This document shows, in pieces, positions 28,105 through 38,210 of a stretch of 64,000 nt of DNA (position 1 is the first letter of the stretch; every line of letters begins with the position of its first letter). The stretch is taken from the NCBI GenBank assembly GCA_947465495.1, contig CANIAS010000007.1, positions 444 to 64,443 of the forward strand, written 5' to 3'. The notes below the pieces were generated by a model. That model made no database searches and was not told where the DNA came from. It worked only from the letters and a program-made list of their open reading frames with translations. The position numbers were made by a program, and so were the translations under genes. This DNA is from Candidatus Pollutiaquabacter sp. Its GTDB lineage: Bacteria > Bacteroidota > Bacteroidia > AKYH767-A > 2013-40CM-41-45.

Positions 28105-29133
28105 TTACCGTCGATTTCCACCCCGACTAGCTACCATGGCGGGGTCCCAGTGACTTGGGTCCATCAGAAATTTCTTGTCGGAAAGTGTCAGTAAAAACGC
28201 AAGCAGATCGGTCTTTTGGTTCGGCGTAAGTACTATGGCATGGGTAGGTTGAATCGAAAATGATGCAGGGTCAGCAGATCCGTAGTATTGGATTACATCT
28301 CGTAGTTTTTTGAAGCGACCGTCGTGCATATACGGTGCGGTGTATTCCACATTGCGTAGGCTTGGAACTTTGAAACGGAGAGAGTCGCTTGTATCGCCGG
28401 ATACCTTTGCCCGGCCTTGGTCGTTTAATTGTGGGTCAACGGACAATCCGTTGCGTTCGAAGGAACGATTGGTGAACAACGGTTCTTGGTGACAGTTGGC
28501 GCAGTTGGCTTTAAATAAGGAGTAGCCATTTGATTCCTGCGTAGTAAAAGTGGTTTGCCCGCGTTGTGCGCTATCGTACCTGGATTGGTTGCTTACCAAG
28601 GTGATCATGAATTGTGAAATGGATTTTAGGGTGCGTTCTCCGGTGGCCACGCTGTCATGGAACGCACGATAGAACATGCCGCGATAGGAAGGCTGGCCGT
28701 TCAATTTTTCTATCACGTTCTTGAAATCCTCTCCCATTTCACGAGGATGATTAATGGGAGCCAAGGCCTGTACGTCCAAGTGATTGATGGCGCCATCCCA
28801 CATAAATGATCGCTGCCATGCTAGGTTGAAAAGTCCGGGTGCGTTGCGGCTACCTATGCTATCGTTGATTCCGTGACTAAGAGCATGGTCGGAATGGGCA
28901 AAGGCATTGAACGGGGAGTGGCAACTAGCGCATGAAATGGTGTTGTTCCGGGATAGTAATGGATCGTAAAATAGCATTCTTCCCAAGGCTGCTTTCTCTT
29001 CAGTGAGCGGATTTTTCGAGAAATCATAGGTCGGTCGTGGCCAGCCGTCGGGAATTTCAAACCGTATTTTTTCAGGACGAAACGAAACGCCTAGAACTAA
29101 CAGCCCGATTAAAAATAGAGCGATCCGCTTCAT
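28105..29133 (-). CDS. mbnH: Di-heme cytochrome c peroxidase, MauG/MbnH family
   Basis: Two CxxCH motifs (CASCH, CANCH), 'LGRMLFYDP', 'FMWDG' and 'FKVPSLRNV..TAPYMHDG'. ATG at 29133 overlaps the upstream stop (ATGA). Confidence 0.8.
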   Translation of the reverse strand: MKRIALFLIGLLVLGVSFRPEKIRFEIPDGWPRPTYDFSKNPLTEEKAALGRMLFYDPLLSRNNTISCASCHSPFNAFAHSDHALSHGINDSIGSRNAPGLFNLAWQRSFMWDGAINHLDVQALAPINHPREMGEDFKNVIEKLNGQPSYRGMFYRAFHDSVATGERTLKSISQFMITLVSNQSRYDSAQRGQTTFTTQESNGYSLFKANCANCHQEPLFTNRSFERNGLSVDPQLNDQGRAKVSGDTSDSLRFKVPSLRNVEYTAPYMHDGRFKKLRDVIQYYGSADPASFSIQPTHAIVLTPNQKTDLLAFLLTLSDKKFLMDPSHWDPAMVASRGGNRR

Positions 29134-29843
29134 GGCTGACAAATCATAAATGCATTGACGGCTGCCTGGGACAATGAAACAGCTTTTGTGCCGGGTGACA
29201 TGATGTGATTTTCTCCGGAAGAAAGAGTAGCTTTCAGAAAGCGGTTCAGGTCAAAGCAAACGCGAATTCGGTTGGATGATTTGGTTTGTAGTTCGACTTT
29301 TTTTGCTGCTAAAAAAGGGTATAGATAACCTCCTATATGATATTGTATTTCAGTATTGTATGACTTTAATGAACCAACGCTTCCTTCCGCTTTTAAATTG
29401 ATATATCCACTCTGCCAGCTCCAGTACATTCCGTGCATTGGATCCAAATCTCCAGCTAAAGCTCCGCTGCAGTTACTAGTACTATCTATTCCCAGCTCAA
29501 AGGAAATAGCATCGAAGTCAGGTGCCTTTTCCATTGTAACGTTGAAACTGTGAAGTCCCTCAGGATTTGTTAGGTCTATCAAGTGGGCCACAGAATCGGT
29601 GTAAACAACTTTATCGCCCGATACCAATTTTAAATCTGTCGTATAGAATCGGAGGGTATTCATGAAGATCGTGTCGGTCCCAACCATGGTCCAATAACCG
29701 CCATCTTCCAGCCTCGATGCAGTGCAATTGAATGCGATCTCTATCCCTGAGGCAGTGGTCTTATTTGTGCAGGACAACCAGACAATTAGAAACAGAAAGC
29801 GAAGTCGGATCAAGGGAGGAGTGGGATAGGGCTGATAGACCAT
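29130..29843 (-). CDS. mbnP: MbnP family protein
   Basis: 'LRFYTTDLKL', 'FELGIDS', 'GDLDP..GMYWSWQSGYINLKAEG' (WxW motif) and 'YHIGG'. Immediately upstream of the di-heme peroxidase. Confidence 0.8.
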   Translation of the reverse strand: MVYQPYPTPPLIRLRFLFLIVWLSCTNKTTASGIEIAFNCTASRLEDGGYWTMVGTDTIFMNTLRFYTTDLKLVSGDKVVYTDSVAHLIDLTNPEGLHSFNVTMEKAPDFDAISFELGIDSTSNCSGALAGDLDPMHGMYWSWQSGYINLKAEGSVGSLKSYNTEIQYHIGGYLYPFLAAKKVELQTKSSNRIRVCFDLNRFLKATLSSGENHIMSPGTKAVSLSQAAVNAFMICQP

Positions 29844-29993
29844 GCCTAGGACGATTGGTTTATTCGGACTTGTTCGGTATTAGAGTAATTAATAGTGAAT
29901 GGAGCACAAATCTGACAACTCTTGACACAGTGAGCAACTAGTTTCGTCGCTGAAATTACCTGTTCGCAGCGGGAATTTCAATTTCCTTAATGG

Positions 29994-30032
29994 AAAGGCC
30001 CGTGGTACGCTCTAGTACGCGGGTCTTTTTTT
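29994..30032 (+). terminator. Orphan terminator-like hairpin with T-tract
   Basis: AAAGGCCCGTGGTAC-GCTCTA-GTACGCGGGTCTTTTTTT. Confidence 0.55.
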
Positions 30033-30123
30033 CGTGGTAAGCCAGTATTTATTCATGGTTTATGTTAGTTTTTGATGCTAAATGAAATCATTTTTTAGGA
30101 GCAATTTGTACCTTTAGACTATC

Positions 30124-31710
30124 ATGAAACCTCGTCTTTTATTTTTTTTGACAGTTTTATCGATTTCCTTTCTGGGGTCTTGTATCAAAGAAGAGGACAT
30201 CGATTTCACCAACCTCAGTGTTTCCGATTGGAAGCCCGACCTGGCACTCCCATTGGTCAATTCAAGTTTCCGGTTCGATGATATTGCCGGCTTGACAGAT
30301 TCGGGTGAAGTATACGTCGATAGCGATGGTAGAATTGTCATCGTATCGACATCTTCGTTGTTTTCGCGCACTGCAGCAGAGTTTCTGACGATCCCGGATC
30401 AGTCCGCTCCTTCGACGCTTACCATTACTTCTGCCTTGGCGTCGGCGATCAATGCCGCTGCGCCGTATGACACCGTGTCGAATTTCTTAAACAATAATTA
30501 CTCGCTGAATACATCTTCGTCCATTCAAATTTCTTCGCTGCTCGTAAAATCAGGTAGCTTGGAATTGGTGATTACCAATCCAACTCCCTTGAAAGGTACT
30601 GTCGTATTGCTGATTAACCAATTGACAAAAAACAACTTGCCGTTTACGCGTACAATTCCAATCCCTGCCAACAATACATTCGGTATCAGTACGGACATCT
30701 CTGGTTACAACTTATTGCCTGGATCGAATAATCAAGTGGCGGTCAACTACGCCATCAACCTTACTAAAGGCGGAAGTTCGGTGACGGTTAGTCCCGGTCC
30801 GCAGGTTTCTGTGAATGCTAATTTTCGGTCAATCACCTATTATAGTGTGTTCGGGAATTTTGGATCACAGGTGTTCTCAATTCCATTGGATAGCGCCAAG
30901 TTAGATCTTTACTCTCGCAACCCGAATGACTCCTTTGCCTTCTCCGATCCTAGTATTTACGTCGACGTGGTCAATAGCGTGGGTATGCCATTTAGGGTCA
31001 GCAACATTTCCCTACAACCCATTGGTGATAATGGCCAACTGATTCCTTTTACGACCTCGGTCAACCAGTTTTCGGTGAATAGCCCGGGATCTGTTGGTCA
31101 AAACGTCACCAGTACGGCGGTCGTTAATAGGTCGAACAGCGACATCGTCAATGCGATGAGTCTTCGACCGGAGTACGTCAGTTATTTTGCAAACGTCGCA
31201 ACCAACATTCCGACTTCCAACAATTTTATAACAGATTCCAGTCGTTTTGATGCTAAGTTGCGCGTCGAGCTTCCACTGGATGGTTGGGCTACGCGTTTTA
31301 CGGTTCAGGATACTTCCGACTTTCAATTGGATAATATCGACGAAGTGGATTCACTGGTCTTCCGATTGGATATCCGAAATGGGTTTCCTGCAGGTGCTTA
31401 TACACAGGTCTATTTCGCCGATTCGAACGGGTTAGTGTTAGAGACCTTGATACAAGATCCCACGCAACAACTGATTGGTGCAGCGGGTGTGGATGCGAAT
31501 GGTTATGCCATTTCTCCAACTGAGCGTTTTCACGATGAGCCATTTAACCACGAACGAATTCAACGGATCATCGGATGTACAAAATTGATTGTTTATTCAA
31601 TTATCAATACCACCGATTCTGGTGTACACCGAGCGGTGAAATTTACGGATAGTGATAAGCTGGATGTCAAGTTGGGCGTTAGGGCTCGTTTAAAGGTGTC
31701 ACTCAATTAA
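30124..31710 (+). CDS. Hypothetical outer membrane lipoprotein
   Basis: Lipobox LGSC followed by 'WKPDLALPLVNS' and a beta-rich body. This type is typically paired with DUF5723 barrels. Confidence 0.7.
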   Translation: MKPRLLFFLTVLSISFLGSCIKEEDIDFTNLSVSDWKPDLALPLVNSSFRFDDIAGLTDSGEVYVDSDGRIVIVSTSSLFSRTAAEFLTIPDQSAPSTLTITSALASAINAAAPYDTVSNFLNNNYSLNTSSSIQISSLLVKSGSLELVITNPTPLKGTVVLLINQLTKNNLPFTRTIPIPANNTFGISTDISGYNLLPGSNNQVAVNYAINLTKGGSSVTVSPGPQVSVNANFRSITYYSVFGNFGSQVFSIPLDSAKLDLYSRNPNDSFAFSDPSIYVDVVNSVGMPFRVSNISLQPIGDNGQLIPFTTSVNQFSVNSPGSVGQNVTSTAVVNRSNSDIVNAMSLRPEYVSYFANVATNIPTSNNFITDSSRFDAKLRVELPLDGWATRFTVQDTSDFQLDNIDEVDSLVFRLDIRNGFPAGAYTQVYFADSNGLVLETLIQDPTQQLIGAAGVDANGYAISPTERFHDEPFNHERIQRIIGCTKLIVYSIINTTDSGVHRAVKFTDSDKLDVKLGVRARLKVSLN

Positions 31711-31721
31711 TACTTTCATCA

Positions 31722-33128
31722 ATGAAACTCCTTCGAATTTCCCTGTATTTGATAAGCGCGTCTTTCATAATCGCAGCTCCTTCCTCTGCGCAACCTGGTT
31801 TTTTAATCCCATTCATGCCTGAAGTAGGAACCTCCATACAGTACCGGCCATCTGTGTTGCCTACTAACTCGTATTTCTTCAGTCTGCCAGTGCTTCCTGT
31901 TACGGATACTCGGATTGTCAATAGCGGTCTGGATTATCAGGAGGCGCACATGGTTACGTCATCCGGTATGTACTTGAACCTGGATAAACTGTTTGCCAAG
32001 TTACAGCCCATGAATACGTTGGGCGTTAATCAGCAGTTGGATGTAGTTGACATTGGTATTAAGGCAGGTAAGGGGTATTTCTCCATGAACTTAAGTCATC
32101 GGTTTGATTTCACTTTTCTGTACACTGATGATTTCATGAATCTGCTGTACAAAGGCAATGGAACCTACATTGGCGAGAATGTCAATTTATCGCGTTGCGG
32201 ATTGGATGCAAGTCATTACTGGGATATTGGATTTGGGTATACGCGCAAGCTGAATGATCATTTCACTGCTGGTTTTCGTGTGAAGCGCTTGATTGGACTG
32301 GATAATATATCTACTTCTATTCAGTCGTTGACGGCCACTACTATGGAGAACGATTATACCCTTCAACTCTCCTCCAACACGGTCGTGAACACCTGCTCGC
32401 CGCTTTTGGGCAATAATGGTCCGGCCGCTGATTTGAATGGAATCTCTGGTATATCGGATTACCTGATGGGAAGTGGTAATGGAGGCTGGGGCGCAAATAT
32501 TGGATTGTCCTATCAGCCCGTTGAGAAATTGGTGCTCTCCTTCGATGCTTTGGATATTGGTAAAATAACGTGGAAGTCAGTGCCTGTTAATTACCATCTA
32601 GACCGTGGAGTGTATTCCTTCTCTGGAGTGTCATTGAACCAGCTTCTAAGTCAGGATGTTGATTCGGTATCATACCTAGACTCCTTGGCCAGCTCTTTCC
32701 CTACGACGGAGACCAATCAAAGGTATACCACCACCTTGCCTTCCACCTTGATGCTTTCGACGCAGTATTCGCTCACTGCAAGTACAGTGGCTACAATGTC
32801 TTTTCGCGGCACACTTTTTCAGCAGCAATTTCTTCCTTCTTTCATGATGATGTTGCATCAGCGGATTGGAAACTTTTTTGCCGTATCGATGAATTACTCC
32901 TACCAATACAACCATGTGAGTTCTATCGGGGCAGGTGCCTACTTAAGAATCGGTGTCGTGAATTTATTTTTGTTGACCGATAATCTAACAGGTACGCTTT
33001 ACCCGCTGAGCGGAAAAACATCTCACATTAACTTCGGTATTTTATTTGGATCACCAGTGAAAGCCAAGAAACAGCGAGCACCAAAAGCATTCGAAAAAAA
33101 TCCTCCAGAGCCGCAGGAGCGGTATTGA
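31722..33128 (+). CDS. DUF5723-like outer membrane beta-barrel protein
   Basis: Signal peptide, 'LLYKGNG', 'HYWDIGFGY', 'G.GANIGLSY', 'DIGKITW', 'LPSTL' and 'LTDNL'. Confidence 0.7.
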   Translation: MKLLRISLYLISASFIIAAPSSAQPGFLIPFMPEVGTSIQYRPSVLPTNSYFFSLPVLPVTDTRIVNSGLDYQEAHMVTSSGMYLNLDKLFAKLQPMNTLGVNQQLDVVDIGIKAGKGYFSMNLSHRFDFTFLYTDDFMNLLYKGNGTYIGENVNLSRCGLDASHYWDIGFGYTRKLNDHFTAGFRVKRLIGLDNISTSIQSLTATTMENDYTLQLSSNTVVNTCSPLLGNNGPAADLNGISGISDYLMGSGNGGWGANIGLSYQPVEKLVLSFDALDIGKITWKSVPVNYHLDRGVYSFSGVSLNQLLSQDVDSVSYLDSLASSFPTTETNQRYTTTLPSTLMLSTQYSLTASTVATMSFRGTLFQQQFLPSFMMMLHQRIGNFFAVSMNYSYQYNHVSSIGAGAYLRIGVVNLFLLTDNLTGTLYPLSGKTSHINFGILFGSPVKAKKQRAPKAFEKNPPEPQERY

Positions 33129-33131
33129 GGA

Positions 33132-36100
33132 TTAATGCATAATGGCGAGCCGAAATTGCTTTACACCATCGATCGAAGTCAATTTTAAAATATACATGCC
33201 ACTTGGAATTGAACGCGTGGATAGCTCACTATTTTTATTTCTAATTACAAATCGATCATGTACATCGATGTAGATATTCTTGCCTTCCACAGAAAAAAGT
33301 TCAACTTTCAGGTTTAATTCAATTGGAAGGGTGAGGTGAAGAATGTCACTAGCGGGGTTCGGAAATACCACTACATCTGCTAATGCAGGATCAATCTCCT
33401 CAATGCCTACCACGCAATTTACTAAGGTGATACTTGACGTGGCCGAACATCCGCCACTTTCAGTGATTTCTACCTGGTAAAAGCCATTGATCGTCGGTTG
33501 GTGAAGTTGAGCAGTAGCGTTTGGAATAGGGTTCCCGTTCAAAATCCATTGATAGGTGTTGGCCGAAGTGGAGGTTAAAATGCACTGTGCCAGTGTGACC
33601 GTGGGTACTGCAGCTGATCCGCTTTGCACGAGGGTCATAGAGTTGGAGTACACTGGAGCAGATGATGCGCACGATGCATCGCTCTGCATCGAACAATAAA
33701 CCACCGTTGGGAAGTTGGTAATTATTTCCGTCAGCGTGGAGCTGTTTGCTCCAGTTGCTACGGCACCATTAATAGTCCAGATGTATTGTGGATTGTTTCC
33801 TCCGTTGCTTGGAGTTGCCGTGAATGTCACGGTAGCACCCAGACAAACTGCATTTCCGCTGTTGCTCGCAATACTGACTGCTGGAATTACATTGTTGCTG
33901 ATGACTATTTGAATGGAATTTGAATTCACTGGGTTGGGAGCTGCGCAACCAAGGGAGCTGGTCATGGCGCACGCAATAGTTGTTCCAGTGTTTACTAAGG
34001 TTGTAAATGTAGCGTTGTTGCTTCCCGCTTGCGGTGCGCCGTTGACATACCATTGATATCCGGGAGTGCTACCTCCGTTACTGGGAATAGCTGTCAAAGT
34101 GACATTCGTGCCTGGACACACAGCGGTGTCGTTTGTAGTAATACTAACACTTGGCAGTACAGTATTAGCAGTAACAGTTAATGGATTGGAGGTGGTGATG
34201 TTCGGAGCGGCACATGAAAGGCTGCTTGTAAGCGTGCAGGTAATGGTGCTGCTGCTATCAATAGGCGTACTAAAAACCGAATTGCTTGATGTGCTCTGAG
34301 TGATTCCGTTTACCATCCATTGATAAGTAGGCGTATTGCCTGCATTTGTACAGTTGGCTGTAAACGTAACGACGGTTCCTGCGCAGACTGCGGTATTCGA
34401 TGCCGAAAGGGTGATGGTCGGTTGTACGGTAGTGACAATCAATGCTACTGAATTCGACTGCACAGGATTAGGAGCAGCACAGGCCAGACTGCTGTACATG
34501 CTGCAGTATACGATTTGATTGGTATTAACAGTGATGGTAAAGAAGGGACTATTTCCAGATTGGAGTTGGCCATTTACATACCATACGTAGGATGGATTTC
34601 CGCCTCCGTTGAACGGCGTAGCTGCGAAGGTCACAGCAGTTCCTGGACAAACATTGGTTGCAGTGGCGGAAATACTTACGCTGTCGGCAATGTTTGTCGT
34701 GTTTACCGTGTCCGTTGTCGAGGTAACAACTGCCGGTGATGCGCAGCTCAAGCTACTGGTCATCGTGCAATAAATGGCACTGCTCCCGTTAATGATGCTG
34801 GTATAAGTCGAGGTTGAATTACCCGTTACCAATTGTCCATTGTTGTACCAACTATAGGTCGGTGATGAACCACCGTTCACTGATGCCGCTGTAAATGTAA
34901 CACTGGTGCCCGGGCAAACCCCGCCCGATGGATTAGTAGATACGGTTACTGATGTACTGCAAGGCAATTGTGGAATGAGTTTAACAAGATACGCGTCTGA
35001 TCCTCCATAGCTGGAAACATTACTCGTATCATTGGTAGGATCTAAATCAGCTTGCGGTGCACCAAAATTGCCTGACAGGTAAATGACCGAATTGTTGCCA
35101 AGGCAGATTGATCTTCCAATATCGTATTGGATTCCTGAAATCTGTCCAGACCAACTGCAGGTGCCGTTCGAATAGTATTTTGCAATATATACATCGGCTC
35201 CACCGACGGAAGTCCTTGGGGTGTTAAAGTTGACGGTGTTAGTGAAACATCCAGTGGTATATACATTGTTCGAGTCGTCGATGGCGATATCATATCCGGC
35301 ATCAGAGGCTTGTCCCCCAATTTGACGTGCCCATAATACTTGGCCGGATGAATTGTATTTCAGAATAAATCCATCGTAAAATCCTTGGTTGGTAAATATC
35401 AAGGAGGAGGTTGGGTCGAAGTTTACATCTGATTGAAACCCACCGGTGATATAAATGGATCCAATGCCATCAACTGCAATGGAATTGGAGGATTCAACAT
35501 CCGGTCCACTTGTTACTCGCACCCAAATGAAGTTACCGGAGTTGTTCAGTTTAAGGACAAATGCATCGATACTGCCATTATTGGAAGTATAACCAGTGGT
35601 ATAAAGAGGGTCGGGATTGAAGTCCACAGTTTGAGAATACCAGCCGGTGACAACTATATTTCCGCTGGGGTCGGCACTAATTGCAGTTCCTACATCTTCG
35701 CCAGGACCACCAATGCTTTTTGCCCAAAGCAGTGATCCGGTAGCACCACTGTATTTACTGATGAAAATATCGAAGTAGCCGTTACTGTTCAGTTGAAGTA
35801 GATTGGAGGAAGGGTCGAAATCTGCTGAGTCGGAAAACAGCCCTGTAGCAAGGATGTCGCCAGTTGCATCGAGATTGATTCTTTGTCCTTCATCGTGGCC
35901 CGGTCCTCCGAACGAGATGGACCATAGGTACTGTCCGGAGGAGTTGAGTTTCAAAATAAAACAATCCGTATTATTCGTTCCGTTGGTTGCAGTCATCAAT
36001 TGGATATTTACGCCCGGATCGAAGTCTACGGTTCCTTCGAAGAAACCGGAAAGATAGATGTTGCCGTTTGCGTCAGAACACATATAAGCGACGGAGTCAT

Positions 36101-36401
36101 TGCCGGCTCCGCCAATCTTTCCACTCCACAGGTAATTGCCAGCCGTGTCTGTCTTTAGGATAAAAATATCTTGTCCTCCGTTTGATCTCAAACGCTGGTT
36201 AGGATTAATTGCATTTACATACAAGGAATCGAAAAATACTCCAGTGTGGAAGATGTTGCCGGTATTGTCAGTGCTAATGGCTACGCTATAGTCGTTGCTT
36301 GGTCCTCCAACTGTAGTAGCCCAACGGAAATTTTGTGCTCGAGCGCAACCAATAGTGGCTGTTATTAAAAATGCAAGTATAGCATTTTTCAAATTTTTCA
36401 T
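33132..36401 (-). CDS. SBBP beta-propeller + Ig-like repeat protein with T9SS type A CTD
   Basis: Repeated 'D..GNIY.TG.F..TVDFDP...D.FI.K.NSSG...W' units, five 'VC.GT.VTFTA...NGG..P.Y.W..NG' units, and CTD 'FPNPASD...SGMYIL'. Confidence 0.88.
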   Translation of the reverse strand: MKNLKNAILAFLITATIGCARAQNFRWATTVGGPSNDYSVAISTDNTGNIFHTGVFFDSLYVNAINPNQRLRSNGGQDIFILKTDTAGNYLWSGKIGGAGNDSVAYMCSDANGNIYLSGFFEGTVDFDPGVNIQLMTATNGTNNTDCFILKLNSSGQYLWSISFGGPGHDEGQRINLDATGDILATGLFSDSADFDPSSNLLQLNSNGYFDIFISKYSGATGSLLWAKSIGGPGEDVGTAISADPSGNIVVTGWYSQTVDFNPDPLYTTGYTSNNGSIDAFVLKLNNSGNFIWVRVTSGPDVESSNSIAVDGIGSIYITGGFQSDVNFDPTSSLIFTNQGFYDGFILKYNSSGQVLWARQIGGQASDAGYDIAIDDSNNVYTTGCFTNTVNFNTPRTSVGGADVYIAKYYSNGTCSWSGQISGIQYDIGRSICLGNNSVIYLSGNFGAPQADLDPTNDTSNVSSYGGSDAYLVKLIPQLPCSTSVTVSTNPSGGVCPGTSVTFTAASVNGGSSPTYSWYNNGQLVTGNSTSTYTSIINGSSAIYCTMTSSLSCASPAVVTSTTDTVNTTNIADSVSISATATNVCPGTAVTFAATPFNGGGNPSYVWYVNGQLQSGNSPFFTITVNTNQIVYCSMYSSLACAAPNPVQSNSVALIVTTVQPTITLSASNTAVCAGTVVTFTANCTNAGNTPTYQWMVNGITQSTSSNSVFSTPIDSSSTITCTLTSSLSCAAPNITTSNPLTVTANTVLPSVSITTNDTAVCPGTNVTLTAIPSNGGSTPGYQWYVNGAPQAGSNNATFTTLVNTGTTIACAMTSSLGCAAPNPVNSNSIQIVISNNVIPAVSIASNSGNAVCLGATVTFTATPSNGGNNPQYIWTINGAVATGANSSTLTEIITNFPTVVYCSMQSDASCASSAPVYSNSMTLVQSGSAAVPTVTLAQCILTSTSANTYQWILNGNPIPNATAQLHQPTINGFYQVEITESGGCSATSSITLVNCVVGIEEIDPALADVVVFPNPASDILHLTLPIELNLKVELFSVEGKNIYIDVHDRFVIRNKNSELSTRSIPSGMYILKLTSIDGVKQFRLAIMH

Positions 36402-36593
36402 TGGTACAGGGGGGTAGTGGAAGTCGTAAATCCGAACTTCCTTTATAAAACGTTAATGCGTCAAAAGTAGTGAAAAAGGTCGAGCAGCAAAAGTCGTAAA
36501 AGACTTGCTCTTGCTTTCTATAAGAGGGGCCATGCCAGAGAATTGCAGTCTACGCCTTATCTGGATTAGTTTAACATTGAATCAGCAATTGAT

Positions 36594-37946
36594 TTATAGT
36601 TGACGCAACAGTACCTTCCCAAATGTGGGAGATGCGAAGGCTCCTCGATCATAGACTTTGACACCACCAATCCAGGTGGATTCAACTACACCTGCAACCA
36701 TTTCTCCTTCATAGGGAGTAATTTTATGACGGAACTTGATGATGGTAGGGCTAATCTTCATGTTCTTCGAAGGGCTCCATATCACAAGGTCGGCATCTGC
36801 ACCTTCGCGAAGTACTCCCTTGTTTGGGAGGCCCAGGAATTTCGCTGGTGCAGTACTCATCCAATTGGTAATCTCTTCCAGTGAACGTTTGTGACGTTTA
36901 GCCAATGACCATACGATGGGCAAGGAGAACTGCAAGGAAGCGATGCCTCCCTGCGTGGCCATAAAGTTTCCGGTTTGCAGCTCTTTCAATTCAGCAGGAG
37001 CAGGGGAGTGGTTGGTTGCAATGAAGTCTAAGGTGCCATCAATTAAACCGCTCCAAAGTAGTGCATTGTTCGCTGCATCACGAATGGGCGGTGCGCATTT
37101 GAAGCGAGTGTCTCCGTCATGTATATGCTCTGCAGAGAAGTAGAGGTAATGCGGACAAGTTTCAGCGGTGAGTGGCAGACCTTCTAATTTTGCTTCACGA
37201 ATCATTTCCAGTGAATCGGCAGACGATAAATGCACGATGTGTGTACGAACCTTGTACTTCCTGCACATTTCGATCATGGCTTTCACACCATCGTTTTCCC
37301 ACTTTTTTGGTCTTGATTGCAGGTAATTTTTATAGGAATAAGAATCATTTTCAAAAACTTTCAGTCCGTCATGTTTTGATGCTAATTCGGCATGCACCAG
37401 CAGTGGCAGGTTGTACTTTGCGAGGACCGGCAGCGATTTTTCCAGTTCCTTCAACGATGTTTTTGGGAATTCTTCGTTAGCTGAGTTTGTCAGAAATACT
37501 TTAAAACCCAGCACGCCTGCTTTAATCATCGGCTCAACTTCTGCTGAATTTCCAGGGATAATTCCTCCCCAAAATCCGCAGTTGATCATCAGTTTCCCGG
37601 CAGTGGCCTCGATTTTATCCTTCAGCGCTTTTAACGTAGTAGTAACTGGTCGTGAGCTCAACGGCATGTCGACAATCGATGTGATGCCGCCGGCGGCAGC
37701 GGCTAGGGTGCCAGTTTCAAACCCTTCCCATTCCGTTCGCCCTGGTTCGTTCATGTGCACATGGCAGTCAATCAATCCGGGCATGATGACGGAGTCGCCC
37801 AGATTGGTCACTGGAAGTTCTTTGGTAGCCGCTAGTTTTTCACGTAGAATGGCAGCAATCTTTCCATGCTCCAGCAGCAAGGTGGCCGCTACTACACCTT
37901 CGGGTAGTACGACATTCTTGCTGAAAAGTGCGATGCGTTGGCTCAT
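36594..37946 (-). CDS. allB: Allantoinase-like amidohydrolase (metal-ligand Asp replaced by Asn)
   Basis: 'PGLIDCHVHMNEPGRTEWEGF', 'GFKVF', 'VHAE', 'HIVHLS', 'ETCPHYL' and 'FKCAPPIR' are present, but 'ATNHSP' replaces xDHSP. Confidence 0.8.
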   Translation of the reverse strand: MSQRIALFSKNVVLPEGVVAATLLLEHGKIAAILREKLAATKELPVTNLGDSVIMPGLIDCHVHMNEPGRTEWEGFETGTLAAAAGGITSIVDMPLSSRPVTTTLKALKDKIEATAGKLMINCGFWGGIIPGNSAEVEPMIKAGVLGFKVFLTNSANEEFPKTSLKELEKSLPVLAKYNLPLLVHAELASKHDGLKVFENDSYSYKNYLQSRPKKWENDGVKAMIEMCRKYKVRTHIVHLSSADSLEMIREAKLEGLPLTAETCPHYLYFSAEHIHDGDTRFKCAPPIRDAANNALLWSGLIDGTLDFIATNHSPAPAELKELQTGNFMATQGGIASLQFSLPIVWSLAKRHKRSLEEITNWMSTAPAKFLGLPNKGVLREGADADLVIWSPSKNMKISPTIIKFRHKITPYEGEMVAGVVESTWIGGVKVYDRGAFASPTFGKVLLRQL

Positions 37947-38210
37947 GCGGTTATTGCTTAAAAATATCTGTTATTGAAAGTATCTGTGGTCTAATTTTGC
38001 CATTGGTGATGGTTGTACCTATTTTAGGGAACGGAGTAAAGAGGATTTCATAATGTACTGCAAAAGACAAAGTGATGCTGTGAATGTCTTCAAAATTACG
38101 AAAGGCGGAGCCAACTCGTAGCATTGTTTTTAAAGTTACCAACCAAAGTAAAGTAATAGTTGTTTTCGTACCTGCAGTCAAGATTTGTACCTTGTGTAAA
38201 AACAAGCAAT

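Noticed and set aside
29945..29990. SAM-II or TPP riboswitch-like sequence (CGCTGA...CAGCG)
   Set aside because: It lacks the SAM-II GAUUU and downstream GCUAAA elements and the TPP CUGAGA/CCUGAU core.
37411..37977. 188-aa + strand ORF
   Set aside because: Antisense shadow of the allantoinase-like gene, with no recognisable motifs.
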